From positions 67,952,001-68,016,000 of the forward strand of contig OX597822.1 of NCBI GenBank assembly GCA_951406725.2: 64,000 bases of DNA, written 5' to 3'. This DNA is from Octopus vulgaris. Lineage: Eukaryota. Positions 26,825-39,564 of the stretch are shown in pieces. The notes under the pieces are model-generated. The model did not search any database, was not told where the DNA came from, and was given only the letters and a program-made list of their open reading frames with translations. The translations under genes were made by a program, and so were the position numbers. How positions within the stretch are numbered: the first letter of the stretch is position 1; every line of letters begins with the position of its first letter.

Positions 26825-27209
26825 GTGGAGGCGCAATGGCCCAGTGGTTTGGGCAGCGGACTCGCGGTCATAGGATCGCGGTTTCGATTCCCAGACCGGG
26901 CGTTGTGAGTGTTTATTGAGCGAAAACACCTAAAAGTTCCACGACGCTCCGGCAGGGGATGGTGGTGATACCTGCTGTACTCTTTCACCACAACTTTCTC
27001 TCACTCTTACTTCCTGTTTCTGTTGTACCTGTATTTCAAAGAGCCGGCCTTATCACTCTCTGTGTCACGCTGAATATCCCCGAGAACTACGTTAAGGGTA
27101 CACGTGTCTGTGGAGTGCTCAGCCACTTACACGTTAATTTCACGGGCAGGCTGTTCCGTTGATTCGGATCAACCGGAACCCTCGTCGTCGTAACCGACGG
27201 AGTGCTTCC
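26825..27209 (+). mobile_element. SINE family C (~385 bp, tRNA head); possibly OR1-like
   Basis: A box TGGCCCAGTGG, B box GTTTCGATTCC; 11-bp TSD ACTACCACTAT at 26813-26823 and 27210-27220. Confidence 0.85.
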
Positions 27210-27676
27210 ACTACCACTATTATTAAGCAAGCTGTGTCCCACTACCCTGTTAACTTCCAATATAATTGCGACATTTTTAGTCATTCTCCATTTTTGTATC
27301 TCATCCACTAAACCGCTTACAGGCACAATATATAATCCACTGTAACTTACTCCGAAATTGCAGTTCTCCGTCTGATGTCCGCTTTTCCAACTTACTACAC
27401 CGGATCAATCTTACCAACTTGGAAAGGCTTCCAAATTTCTGAGAACTATTTCGCTTACTCAGGTTAGCTAAATAATAAGTAAAATCGCATGTACATACGT
27501 CTATGTATATATACAAAGATATTTCTATATAAATGTGATATGTGTGTATGTGTGTGTAAAACAAGCTTATACATATTTACATTTATATACAAAGGCATCC
27601 TACATTATTTACATTATTTACATTATTTACATTATTTAAATTCGACGGATATTTGTCCTCATCTTATTTGTTGTTA

Positions 27677-27722
27677 AACACAACATTTCGGCTGAAATAC
27701 CCTTCAGCCTTCATCAGGTGTC
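27677..27722 (-). ncRNA. Minimal type I hammerhead ribozyme motif
   Basis: GACAC CTGATGA A GGCTGAA..TTCAGCC GAAA TGTT GTGTT: intact CUGAUGA, stem II, GAAA and stem I. Confidence 0.65.
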
Positions 27723-28044
27723 TTGGGGGAAATTTCGAACCTGGATTCTCATTCCTAAGGTATAAAATAAGGGTAGACGAACATCGCAAAGCTGTGACAC
27801 GAGGAGATATTGATAAATCGGGTATAGCTGATCATGTATGGAAAAATGGAGACCACCTCCCCCTTTGGGATGAATTTAAAATAATAGACAAAATACAAAA
27901 ACTAAAAGAAACAGAAGACATACTAGGACACAACTTCTTAAGCAGACCAAATGCAGATATGAGCAGATTATGGGAATTAGTATTAAGGAAGGATAGAAAA
28001 ATATTAGATTTATAAGCCCTAAATTTCACTCCATACATCCCCAC

Positions 28045-28112
28045 GAGCATATGGCGTAGTGGTTAAGAGCGCGGGCTACTAACCCCAAGATTCCGAGTTC
28101 GATTCCAAGCAG
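28045..28112 (+). promoter_or_regulatory. tRNA-derived segment with Pol III A and B boxes inside the Penelope repeat
   Basis: A box TGGCGTAGTGG at 28052-28062, B box GAGTTCGATTCC at 28095-28106; acceptor stem not paired. Confidence 0.7.
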
Positions 28113-28188
28113 TTACCTGAACAATAATAATAATAATGACATCGAAAATTACCTTAGAAATGAGAACCCAGGTTCGAAATTTCCCCAA

Positions 28189-28234
28189 GACACCCGAAGA
28201 AGGCTGGAGGGTATATCAGCCGAAACGTTGTGCT
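28189..28234 (+). ncRNA. Hammerhead ribozyme motif, core mutated (CCGAAGA)
   Basis: GACAC CCGAAGA A GGCTG..CAGCC GAAAC GTT GTGCT. Confidence 0.55.
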
Positions 28235-29064
28235 AACAAAAAACAAGTTGAGGACAAATATCCGTCGAATGTCAATAATGTAAATAAGGTACATAATTCC
28301 TCATCTCTTAAATATAAAACTGAAAGGCATCCTACTTAATCATGCAAGTAAGCACACATTCAGACGCACGGGTAAAAAGAAAACGCACTCGGATTACAAC
28401 AAACATCATGCGTAGTAAGAACAGAACACATGTGCAGAATCCTACACAGTTAAACGTACATTAACGTTAGGAAATTCACACACACACACACTTACACAAT
28501 ATATCCGCTGGACGCAGACGATCGCTATGATGTCATACTTTGACGCATGCTGGGAAGGAAATGATTGCGTATAATTTTCAAGAACGCTGAAATATATATA
28601 TCGCAGAGATGATTCATTTGATATAAAACTGTTCATATATGCAAATTTTATGCAAATCATCTTTCAGCGATTGCTTCGGATAAATATGGTAGATTATTTT
28701 TTGCCTCCGATAGCGTTAAACGCGTAACTATTGTTACTACTACTGCTATTATCTTTAACTTCTACTGCTACGAATAATAACAATAAGTAGCGGAGCCTGT
28801 GGTAATTCTACGTTTTTATAAATGTTTTATTTTGATTTTGATGCTTAAATTTATAGATCGTCATGACATTGTTTCAGTTTCCCTTCCATTCTTAAGGGTT
28901 TTGACAGCGTAACAATAGAATTTAATTCGTTAGGTTAAAGATCTCGAATGTGTCATAGATTTCTTTCCATAGATAATGATTTTAACAGTGGAACAAAGAA
29001 TTGATTTGTTTCGTTAAAGATGTTTCGTTCAAGATTTCGATTATATCTTCGGTTTCCTTCTTTT

Positions 29065-29443
29065 TACTCTTTTTACTTGTTTCAGTCATTTGACTGCGGC
29101 CATGCTGGAGCACCGCCTTTAGTAGGGCAAATCGACCCCAGGACTTATTCTTTGGAAACGTAGTACTTATTCTATCTGTCTCATTTGCCGAACCGCTTAG
29201 TTACGGGGACGCAAACACACCATCATCGGTTGTCAAGCGATTTTAAGGTAACAAACACACACACATATATATACATATATACGAGGGCTTCTTTCAGTTT
29301 CCGTCTACCAAATCCACTCAAAAGGTTTTGGTCGGTCCGAGGCTATAGTACAAGACACTTGCCCAAGGTGTCACGCAGTGGGACTGAACCTGGTACTATG
29401 TGGTTGGTAAGAAAGCTACTTATCACAAAGCTACTCCTGCGCC
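29065..29443 (-). mobile_element. SINE B
   Basis: Family match. Confidence 0.9.
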
Positions 29444-29690
29444 TATACTTACTTAAGTTGTTTTGAATGCGTAACAATAGAACTTGATACACAATGATAA
29501 AGTTATGTATTATGACTTCGATCTGCTTCCATACTTCAAATCATTTAAAGGGGACGTCTTCCAACCAACGGGCCACAGAGAAGTACCGAGCCGCACAGAG
29601 AGAATAAAATTCCAATTTTATTAACATTCGAACTAGTTTCCTTCTGATGAATATTTCGATTGCCATCGAATTAAGCAGAACACAGAAGTA

Positions 29691-30706
29691 TCTTATAATA
29701 ATTCTGCTTGCTTCTCCGTTACTTAGCCCATCCGTAACGCTTCCGCGTGATTAGTTGAGAGTGAGGGACATGATGGAGGGATGAGAGAGGTGTGGGAGGA
29801 TGGAGAGGGGAGGGGAGAGGGGCTTGAGGATGTGGGGTCTGAAGAGGAGAGGGGAAGAGGAGAGAGATGGGAAGGGATAATATAGGGGATGGAAGGTGAG
29901 GGGGAGAGGTAGTGGTGAGTATAATGTGTAATTTTTTTCTTTTAACAAAGTCTTTTGCTCTCCGTTACTTAGCCCGTCTGTAACGCTTTCATGTGATTAG
30001 CTGAAAGGAAAAGCGAAGAGCGAAAGAAAAAGAAGAGAGAAAAAGAGGATAAGGCGAAGAGCGATGCAGAAAGAGGGAGAGTGATGTGTATTAAGTCTAT
30101 AAAATTGCGCATTATATATATAAAGGGTATATCTAAATTGCGTTAAATAATCATCGTATTCCAATTTCCTTCATTTTTCAATGATTAGTAGATGAATGAC
30201 TATCGTTTCATAAAACACAACACAAGCTACTCTTTCAGGTTTTTTGGATAGGTCTACCATTAAATAGACGTAGGAGTGGCTGTGTGGCAAGTAGCTTGCT
30301 TACCAACCACATGGTTCCGGGTTCAGTCCCACTGCGTTGTACCTTGGGTAAGTGTCTTCTATTATAGCCTCGGGCCAACCAAAGCCTTGTGAATGGAATT
30401 GGTAGACAGAAACTGAAAGAAGCCCGTCGTATATATGTATGTGTGTGTATATGTTTGTGTGTCTGTGTTTTCCCCCACCCCACCCCCAACGTCGCTTGAC
30501 AACCGATGCTAGTGTGTTTACGTCCCCGTAACTTAGCGGTCCAGCAAAAAGAAACCGATAGAATAAGTACTAGGCTTGCAAAGAATAAGTCCTGGAGTCG
30601 ATTTGCTCGACTAAAGGCGGTGCTCCAGCATGGCCGTGGTCAAATAACTGAAACAAGTAAAAGAGTAAAAAGAGTAATTCCGTGAAGTATTCCCGAGTCC
30701 CGCTAG
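29691..30706 (+). mobile_element. Non-autonomous Helitron interrupted by SINE B
   Basis: A|TCTTATAATAAT 5' end; 3' CCGTGAAGTATTCCCGAGTCCCGCTAG|T; 30090-30262 is homologous to 58290-58492. Confidence 0.7.
30267..30676 (+). mobile_element. SINE B inserted in the Helitron
   Basis: Family match; the empty site ACCATTAATTCCGT is seen at about 58485. Confidence 0.9.
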
Positions 30707-31209
30707 TGAAAAAATCAAAATCAACCATCTTCGAAATAATCTCAAAACCTTACAAGCAACAACAAACTTATTTCGCCTGACGTCTTTCTCTGCCTTCTGC
30801 AAATCGCCAGCTTTCTCTTTTACTTGTTAAATTATATTTTTTGAGTGTATATTTTTTGTTATTTTAGAATCATTGTGTATTTTCATTGGGAGATTTGACA
30901 GATTTACGAATTAAATCCCTTTAATAATTGCAAAACCAAATATTTCTTCACCGTAAAATCTATCAATATTTCAGGTAAATCTGATTGTACATGCCTGAGC
31001 AGAACTATTTAATTCCTAGGCCTTTTTATTAAAAAAAAAACAACAAAATTTGAAATATTATTGTGTTATTTTTAATCCAGTTTATTCCTTCAAAAAACAG
31101 AGATATTTGGTTTGCAGCAGTTGTTGTTGTTGTTTGTTTGTTGTTATTATTGTTGTTGTTGTTGTTGATATACTATTTTTGTTGTTCTAGTTAATATTAT
31201 TAATATTAA

Positions 31210-32235
31210 GGCGGTGAAAGGCGGCGAGCTGGGAGAAACGTTAGCACGCCGGGCGAAATGCGTAGCCGTATTTCGTCTGCCGTTACATTCTGAGCTCAAA
31301 TTCCGTCGACGAAGTCGACTTTGCCTTTCATCCTTTCGGGGTCGATAAATTAAATACCAGTTACGCACTGGGGTCGATGTAATCGACTTAATCCGTTTGT
31401 TTGTTCTTGTTTGTCCCCTCTGTGTTTAGCCCCTTGTGGGTAATAAAGAAATAGGTATTTCGTCTGTCTTTACGTTCTGAGTTCAAATTCCACCGAGGTC
31501 GACTTTGCCTTTCATCCTTTCGGGGTCAATAAATTAAGTACCAGTTGCGCACTAAGGTCGATGTAATCGACTTAATCCGTTTGTTTGTTCTTGTTTATCC
31601 CCTCTGTGTTTAGCCCCTTGTGGGTAACGTTAGTACGCCTGGAGAAACGCTTAGCAGTATTTCGTCTGTCTTTACGTTCTGAGTTCAAATTCCGCCGAGG
31701 TCGACGTTGCCTTTCATCCTTTCGGGGTCAATAAATTAAGCACCAGTTTCGTACTGAGGTAGATCCAATCGATTGGGCCCTCTCCCTCAAAAGTTTGAGC
31801 CTTGTGCCAAGAGTAGAAAAGAATATTAAGGCGGTGAGCTGGCAAAGTCGGTATCATGGTGGACGAAATGTCTCCCTCAAAAGTTTGAGCCTTGTGCCAA
31901 GAGTAGAAAAGAATATTAAGGCGGTGAGCTGGCAAAGTCGGTATCATGGTGGACGAAATGTTTATCATTTTAAGTTCAAACTCCGCCGAGGTTGATAAAT
32001 TAAATACCAGTGAAACACTGGAGTCGATCTAATCGACTATCCCCTACTCCAAATTTCAGGTCTTGTGCCTTTAGTAGAAAGGATTATTATTATTAAAGGC
32101 AGTGAGCTGGCAGATTCATTAGCACACTGTGTAAAATGCCCAGCGGCATTTCGACCGTCTTTACGTTCTGAGTTCAAAATTCGCCGAGTCCGACTTTATC
32201 TTTTATCCTTTTGGGTTCGATAAAGTGCGTACCAG
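31210..32235 (+). mobile_element. Tandem and nested SINE A cluster
   Basis: Five or more core units; includes an exact 90-bp duplication at 31781-31960. Confidence 0.85.
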
Positions 32236-32602
32236 TGTCTTCTACAATAGCCTCGAGGCGACCAAAACCTTATGAGTGGATTTGGCTGACGAAAACTGAA
32301 AGAAGCCTGTCCTATATGCGCGTGTGTATTTTGTATCTGTCTTCATCTTCACCACTGACCCCACCTCTTGACAACCGGTGTTGGTGCGTTTAAGTCCCAG
32401 CAACTTAGCATTTCAGCAAAATTACCCGACAGAATAAAATTGAATTTGTGATCAATTATTTGACATTTATTACTTATGTCTTATCAATAAGACATTGGTT
32501 AAATCGAAGGGAGAAACATTCTTGGGACGTACCTACAGTAAGACTCGGCTTTAATGCGAACCTTGGTCGGAGATGATATGAGTGTAGCCCTCACCTCGCT
32601 GG

Positions 32603-33606
32603 ACCATCTCCATTACTATTTCTAATACCATTTCCACAGCGCCTCCTCAGGCGGTAGCAAATTTTCCCTAGACGTAATTCGATTGAGGAGTTGAGCAATG
32701 GATAAATTTTACCTATAGGCGTAGGAGTGGCTGTGTGGTAAGTAGCTTGCTTACCAACCACATGGTTCCGGGTTCATCCCACTGCATGGCACCTTGGGCA
32801 AGTGTCTTCAACTATAGTCTCGGGCAGACCAAAGCCTTGTGAGTGGATTTGGTAGACTGAAACTGAAAAAAACCCGTCGTATATATGTATATATATATAT
32901 ATGTGTGTGTGTGCGTGTGTGTGTGTGTGTGTGTATGTTTGTGTGTTTGTGTTTGTCCCCCAACATCGCTTGACAACCGATGTTGGTGTGTTACGTCCCC
33001 GTCACTTAGCGGTTCGGCAAAACGGACCGATAGAATAAGCACTAGGCTTACAAAGAATAAATTCTGGTGTCGATTTGCTCTACTAAAGGCGGTGCTCCAG
33101 CATGGCCGCAGTCAAATGACTGAAACAAGTAAAAGAGTAAAAGAGTAATATGTATATATGTTTTTTTCCTTTTTTCTTATCGCAATGAAGAGCTGCAGTA
33201 TGTTAGATACAAGATTAATGTATACAAAAGCCCCGTGCCTTGGGTTCAATAGACATTCGTATTTCTTCCAATTTCACTCTGTTGAAAGCGACAGAAATTT
33301 CGTAATTCTCATATCTTGTCCTCTAATTTATTATACAATATCAAGAATGATGTTGGCGCCAACCAAGAAAGCAGAATGGCAAATCTGTTGTTGAAATGTC
33401 ACCGGCGTTTCAATGTTTCTGGGGCAGACTTCAATGCTTTTGGAGGTTTCTGAAATGAGTTACGAAATTGCTGTCGCTTACAACAGAGTTGGTGAGATTG
33501 AACTAAATGTGAACGTTTATCGAACCCAAGACACGGGGCTTTTGCTCACATTAGACACATCTAACATACTGCAGCTCTTCATCGTGATAAAAAGAAAAGA
33601 AATTAA

Positions 33607-33645
<39 letters not shown>

Positions 33646-33755
33646 AAATTTATTCATTGCTCAACTCCTCAATCGAATTACGTCTAGGGAAAATTTGTTA
33701 GCGCCTGAGGAGGCGCTGTTGAGATGATGATATTAGAAATAGTGATGGAGGTGGT
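32603..33755. repeat. Long imperfect inverted repeat (fold-back) interrupted by SINE B
   Basis: 32603-32711 pairs with 33645-33755; 33165-33315 pairs with 33450-33600. Confidence 0.85.
32718..33147 (+). mobile_element. SINE B, full length
   Basis: Family match. Confidence 0.9.
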
Positions 33756-34374
33756 AGGGAAGGTAGCGATGTTGATTCTAGCACAGCAAAGCGATGCCTT
33801 CGGCAATGATGGTGCCGGTAGTTGTAGTGGTGACGGTGATAAAGCAAAGCCAAGTTTGAAATAAAATGTGCTGTCTTCTATCACTGACAAAATAAACGGG
33901 TTGTTTTTCGTTTATGATTGATTTTCACCAGTCACTTCTTTACAATAATTGAATTGTCTTTAAATGGAGTGGGACCTTACAATATGAGTTGAAAAAACAA
34001 TTCTTGATGAAAAGCAGGCATCTCAGCCATTTCTGGAGAATTCTTCAAAACCTGAAATCCAATTAGTTTTTCGCTATCTCTTGACGATACTGAAATATGA
34101 ATGCTTCAGGATCTCCGAACGACTCTGAAATAATTTAAAGTAATTTTTTTTTTCAGCATCTGCTTGCAAAAAAAAATCGATGGTATATTTTTATACTTTG
34201 CAGAGTTTCTAGAATTAGGTCTAATAACTAAAATGACCCAGGATTTTGGCGGGGATTCTTCACTCAAAATAATGATTTATCTGATACAAGTGAGAATTAT
34301 CTTCCTGACAAATATACTCAAAGTTCTTTACATATACATACATACATACATACATACATACATACATACATACA

Positions 34375-34408
<34 letters not shown>

Positions 34409-36009
34409 CATAATGCTTTTGAAGTGTTTAGCATTTATTTATTTCGGATATTTTAGAGTTATTTTTATGAAAAAATATCTTAGACAAACTTTTATAAAAA
34501 AAAAAATGTCCAAATTCGCAATTTTACTGTCTTTATGTTTTCTATGCCAAAAAATATCCAATATATAATATGGCAGCAGTTTATGGCACTGAATACCTAT
34601 TTATTTAGGCTTCTCACATTTCTGACTTAAAATTCCACTGGGAATTTCTGTATTTTCTGTTTCTTCAGATAACGACGAGCTAAGTAACAGTAAAATATAT
34701 CGATCTATCATCCTGAATATCTCTATATACTTGCGACAATTGTTTTGTCGATATAAATCATTCAGAGTTCAAATTCCGCTGGGTCTAACTTTGCCTTTCA
34801 TCCTTTCGCTGACGATAAAATAATGTAACAGTCATGTGCTGGAAGTGTTATGTTTAACTAACTTCTCCCCCAAAATATTTTGCCTTGATAGGACACAAAA
34901 TATATTATGTCAATCATAAATAATAGCCCGTTGTTTATCTACTGGTGCATTGATATATTTAGGAGACTTCATTTCCTTGCAAGCTTTAACACAAGACACC
35001 TGGTTTCTTGTCATCCATCTTTTTTCTTCTTTTTTTTTTGTAGGCAATTTCTCCAGCCTCGAAAGAATTTGCAAAGCTCATGGACATTCTTCCTCCACTC
35101 ATGACAAACATAAAAATAAGAACAGTTAGTTGTTGGGCAACTAAAAAGTATCGAACAATGATAAGCTTACAATTAATTAAACTAGTCGTGAGAATCATCA
35201 TTTTGTATTTTGGTATCGCTCTCTGCCCATTTCCAAGTTTATATAAATACACACTATGGAGTGTAAAATTAAGGGCAGCATTTTATGCATAACTTGAAAA
35301 GTCATGTTTAATCTGTCTTTTATCAACAGGTGCCTTCCCTAAGAATTAAAACGAGTTAATTGTTGGTCACTCCCGTTTAGCTCATACCTTTTTATTTTAT
35401 ATATCTTCATGCTGCAGAACCTATTTATGAGAGCTTGTCGCGTGATTAGAAAGTCGCAGAAAAAGTTGCGGGACAGGTCTTTTAAGCCTAGCCACCCAGC
35501 AAGAACCCTACGAGTAGACCAAGAACGAGATCGTTGGATTATATCCATTGTCTTATTTGTGCACACTTGGGACTCCAACCATAAAGTGTAATGATGGTTG
35601 CTTCTGATAGACTACAATGGAGGAAGTGCTTAAAGAAATAACCCCTATAACTCTCCCAGGAACAGCGGACAGAGAAAATGGATAGATGGATGATGGATGG
35701 ACGAATGAATGGACGGATGGTTGTCGTGGTATCACAACAGCTTCATAGTTACTTACTGTTTTAACGTTCCCATGTATTCTTATATTTACGTTCTTATTCC
35801 ATCGCAGTTATTAATGTTTAATTGAAAACAAGTACAAACCATGTGAGTTTTAGAACCAACAAGATGTTATGTTGCGATGGTGGTACATTTCTCCAGTAGC
35901 ATCATTTTAGTCAGTGAAGTGAAGATGACTCATTTGAGGATACAAATCCGAACCGTAAATCGCAATTAAAGTTCTTTTCAGTGAATTTACGCACATTTCT
36001 ATGAGGCTT

Positions 36010-36410
36010 ACTCTTTTACTTGTTTCAGTCATTTGACTGAGGCCATGCAGGAGCACCGCTTTTAGTCGAGCAAATCGACCTCAGGACTTATTATTTGTAA
36101 GCCTAGTACTTATTCTATCGGTCTCTTTTGGGCGAACGGCTACATTACGGGGACGTAAATACACCACCATCGATTGTCAAGTGATGTTGGGGAGACAAAC
36201 ACAGCCACAGAAACATGCACAAACATATATATACCCATATGTATATACGACGGGCTTCTTTCAGTTTGCGTCTGCCAAATCCACTCACAAGGCTTTGGTC
36301 GGCCCGAGGTTATAGTGAAAGACACTTGCCCAAGTTGCCACGCATTGGGACTGAACCCGGTACCATGTGGTTGGTAAGAAAGCTACTTACCACACAGCCA
36401 CTCCTGCACC
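36010..36410 (-). mobile_element. SINE B
   Basis: Family match. Confidence 0.9.
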
Positions 36411-37149
36411 TAAAAATGCTTGTGAAAATCCATGGGACTAGGAAGTAAAAAGTAACAAAGTCCCTACCTTTACCAAGAGTAAAAGTAACGAAAACAACTT
36501 AAATTGAAACAGGAGTTCGGGTTTGTCAAGTATCAGTCAAAAATTATTAATTCCAAAACACGAATCAGGTGCTTAAACCGAGAGTAAAGTATGTGTTTCA
36601 ATATTTATAGCAAGATTCTTGTAAACATCTTTCTGATTTTCGAATGTTTACTATAGTCACTCGTATTTTGCATACAACACCATATGCCAAATAGAGAAAA
36701 ACTCAATTATAAGATTTCTTTAGACAAACACCCAGTGACCAACCGTTGTTATTTAGCTCTAACATTATCACACTAAATAATATTCCTGTTACAGATTTAT
36801 AAACGAATCACATCCAAAACTGTATTCTGAAAGCTTCTTCTCTTCGTCACAATGAGCTAGTGTTTATTTTATTATTGTTTTTGTTTTTTTCTTTTTTTGA
36901 GAACAGTTAAAACGAAATAATGCATACTTTGCTTTTATCCACCCGAAATATAAATATATCTTCTACTAATCTGGTTAGCTAAAAAGATTTTCCTCTGAAA
37001 TGCAATTCAGTACAGTTTGAGGAGAAAAAAAAAACCCACCTCACTGAACCAGTCATTTCTGCTAAGATTATGCAAATACTTAGTCTTTTCAAAAGTGATA
37101 GAGCGAAAAGGTAAAAACGAAAAATGTAAGTAGAAAATCGGCGAGATAT

Positions 37150-38450
37150 ACTCTTTACTCTTTACTCTTTTACTTGTTTCAGTCATTTGACTGTGGCCAT
37201 GCTGAAGTACCACCTTTAGTCGAGCAAATCGACCCCAGGACTTATTTTTTGTAAGCCTAGTACTTATTCTATCGGTCTCTTTTGAACTCAGAATGTAAAG
37301 AGGGACAAAATGTCATTAAACATTTTGCTGGATGTGCTACCGATTCTGTCAGCTCGCCGCTCTAAGCTATCAACAAATAATTCCTTCTTCTATACGCACA
37401 AGACCTGAAATTATAGGGAAGCGATTCAAGTCGATTGCATTGACCCCCAATACACAACTGGTACTTATTTTATTGACCCCGGAAGGGCGAAAGCAAAGTC
37501 GACCTCAGCGGAATTTGAACTCAGAATGTTTAGACGGACGAAATGCCTCTCAAAGCATTTTGACTGAAATTTTGGGAGAGGGGTGGGGGCAGTCGATTAG
37601 GTCGACTCCAGTACGCAAATGGTACTTAATTTATCGACCTCGAAAGGATGAAAGGCAAAGTCGACCTTGGTGGAATTTGAATTCAGAACGTAAAAACAGG
37701 TCAACTTTGCCTTTCATCCTTTCGGGGTCGATATATTAAGTACCAGTTGTGTACTGGAGGTCGATCTAATCGATTGGACACCTCTCCAAAAATTTCGGGA
37801 CTTGTGCCTACAGTAGAAAAGAATATAACGCAGTATATAAGTTGGCAATCTGGCAGAAACGTTAGCACGCCGAGCGAATTGCTTAGCGGTATTTCATCTG
37901 CCGTTAAGTTCTGAGTTCAAATTCTGCCGAGGTCGACTTTGCCTTTCATACTTTCGGGGTCGATAAATTAAGTACCAGTTACGTACTGGGCTCGATGTAA
38001 TCGACTTAATCCCTTTGTCTGTCCTTGCTTGTCCCCTCTGTGTTTAGCCCCTTGTGGGTAGTAAAGAAATAGGTATTTCGTCTGTCTTTACGTTCTGAGT
38101 TCAAATTCCGCCGAGTTCGACTTAGCCTTTCATCGTTTCGGGATCGATTAAATAAATACCAGTTACGCACTGGGGTCAATGTAATCGACTTAATCTGTTT
38201 GTCTGTCCTTGTTTGTCCCCTCTATGTTTAGCCCCTTGTGGGCAATAGAGAAATAAGAAACATTAGTACGCCGGGCGAAATGCTTAGAAGTATTTCGTCT
38301 GTCTTTACGTTCTGAGTTCAAATTCCGCCAAGGTCGACTTTGTCTTTCATCCTTTCGAGGTCGATAAATTAAGTATCAGTTGCGTACTGTGGTTGATCTA
38401 ATCGACTGGCCCCCTCCTCAAAATTTCGGGCTTTTGGTCTAGAGCAGAAA
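37150..38450. mobile_element. SINE B tail fragment, then SINE A copies on minus (37283-37697) and plus (37698-38450)
   Basis: Family matches; orientation switches at about 37697. Confidence 0.85.
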
Positions 38451-38719
38451 AAAAATATGATGCAATATGTAACTGTAAAGATGGACGTGTTACATTGCTT
38501 CTGCTTTAACTGCCAATCTAAACGATTATTTAGCGAAATGAGGTGATTTAACCCCCACCGTCCCATTTTTGGGGAGAACCTGGAAAGATTTGATGAATGT
38601 TTGACTGATATTTCTTGCATGTCACTCAACCACCTCGGAGCTGTATCATTGCCATGATACAAGGCATGTTTTGCATGATGTGATGGTTATAGCAGAAAAA
38701 GTAGTGGAAATAACAATAG

Positions 38720-38758
38720 TTTTACTACAACTACTTCCACCATCACCACTACCACGAT

Positions 38759-38824
<66 letters not shown>

Positions 38825-38927
38825 ACGCGGTTGTTGTATTATTTGTAGTTGTAATGTTTATAGCAGAAGTAGATTTAGTAGAAGTAGTAGCAGCAGCAGC
38901 AGCAGCAGCAGTAGCAGTAGTAGCAGC

Positions 38928-38965
<38 letters not shown>

Positions 38966-39110
38966 AATCACCAGCATTAATTATCCTGAATGCTACGACC
39001 ACAACCACCGTCACGTCCGCCATTAATGCTTCTATTACTACCATCACTACTGATAATATTGCTATTACTAACTACTACTACTACAATTAATATTACTATT
39101 ACTACTATCA
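38720..39110. repeat. (CTA)n/(TAG)n/(CAG)n trinucleotide array
   Basis: Directly visible; (CTA)n abutting (TAG)n at about 38793 is a perfect palindrome. Confidence 0.9.
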
Positions 39111-39564
39111 CAGCTAATACTGCTATGATGCTAAACATCCAAACTTCAGCAGTGAAGACAGATTTATTACCTTAACGTCCAAATAAACACATTATTAACC
39201 GATATTAATGACTTCAACAACAACGGGGAACAGTTTTCTCTAATAAATTTTCTTTCTTTCCCATTTGATATCGTCCCTCCAAGATATTGATGTAACTTTG
39301 ACTAAAAGAAATTTTTAAAAAATACTGCACCAAATAATGAATTGGTGTACACAGATCTGAGTTGCATTTGTTTCTGTAGTTTTTGTTATTGTAGCTGATC
39401 TTTTTGTTATATTTAACACAATGTCGACCATATCTGAGCGGGCCTATAATCAAAGGTATTCGAGCTGTGAATGTTATATATCTTATAAGGATATGGTGGG
39501 TCCAGGAGCACATTATGCAATGTGTCTATCCTTTACTGAGACGGTGTGGTGTTATCACGAGAGT

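Larger units (their letters stand above)
27595..28323 (+). mobile_element. Penelope-like element remnant with inverted terminal repeat
   Basis: GIY-YIG C-terminal peptide KIRVDEHRKAVTRGDIDKSGIADHVWKNGDHLPLWDEFKIID (27763-28015); 27600-27762 is the reverse complement of 28150-28310. Confidence 0.85.

Noticed and set aside
28045-28112. Functional tRNA gene (also 26825-26900 and the SINE B heads)
   Set aside because: A and B boxes are present but acceptor stems do not pair, and all are attached to repeat bodies
29640-29680. CTGATGA followed by a TTCGAT/ATCGAA hairpin
   Set aside because: Lacks the GAAA half of the hammerhead core
35650-35725. AGCGG..GAAAATGGATAGATGG, reminiscent of L2-related SINE tails
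   Set aside because: Too short and degenerate, with no identifiable head upstream
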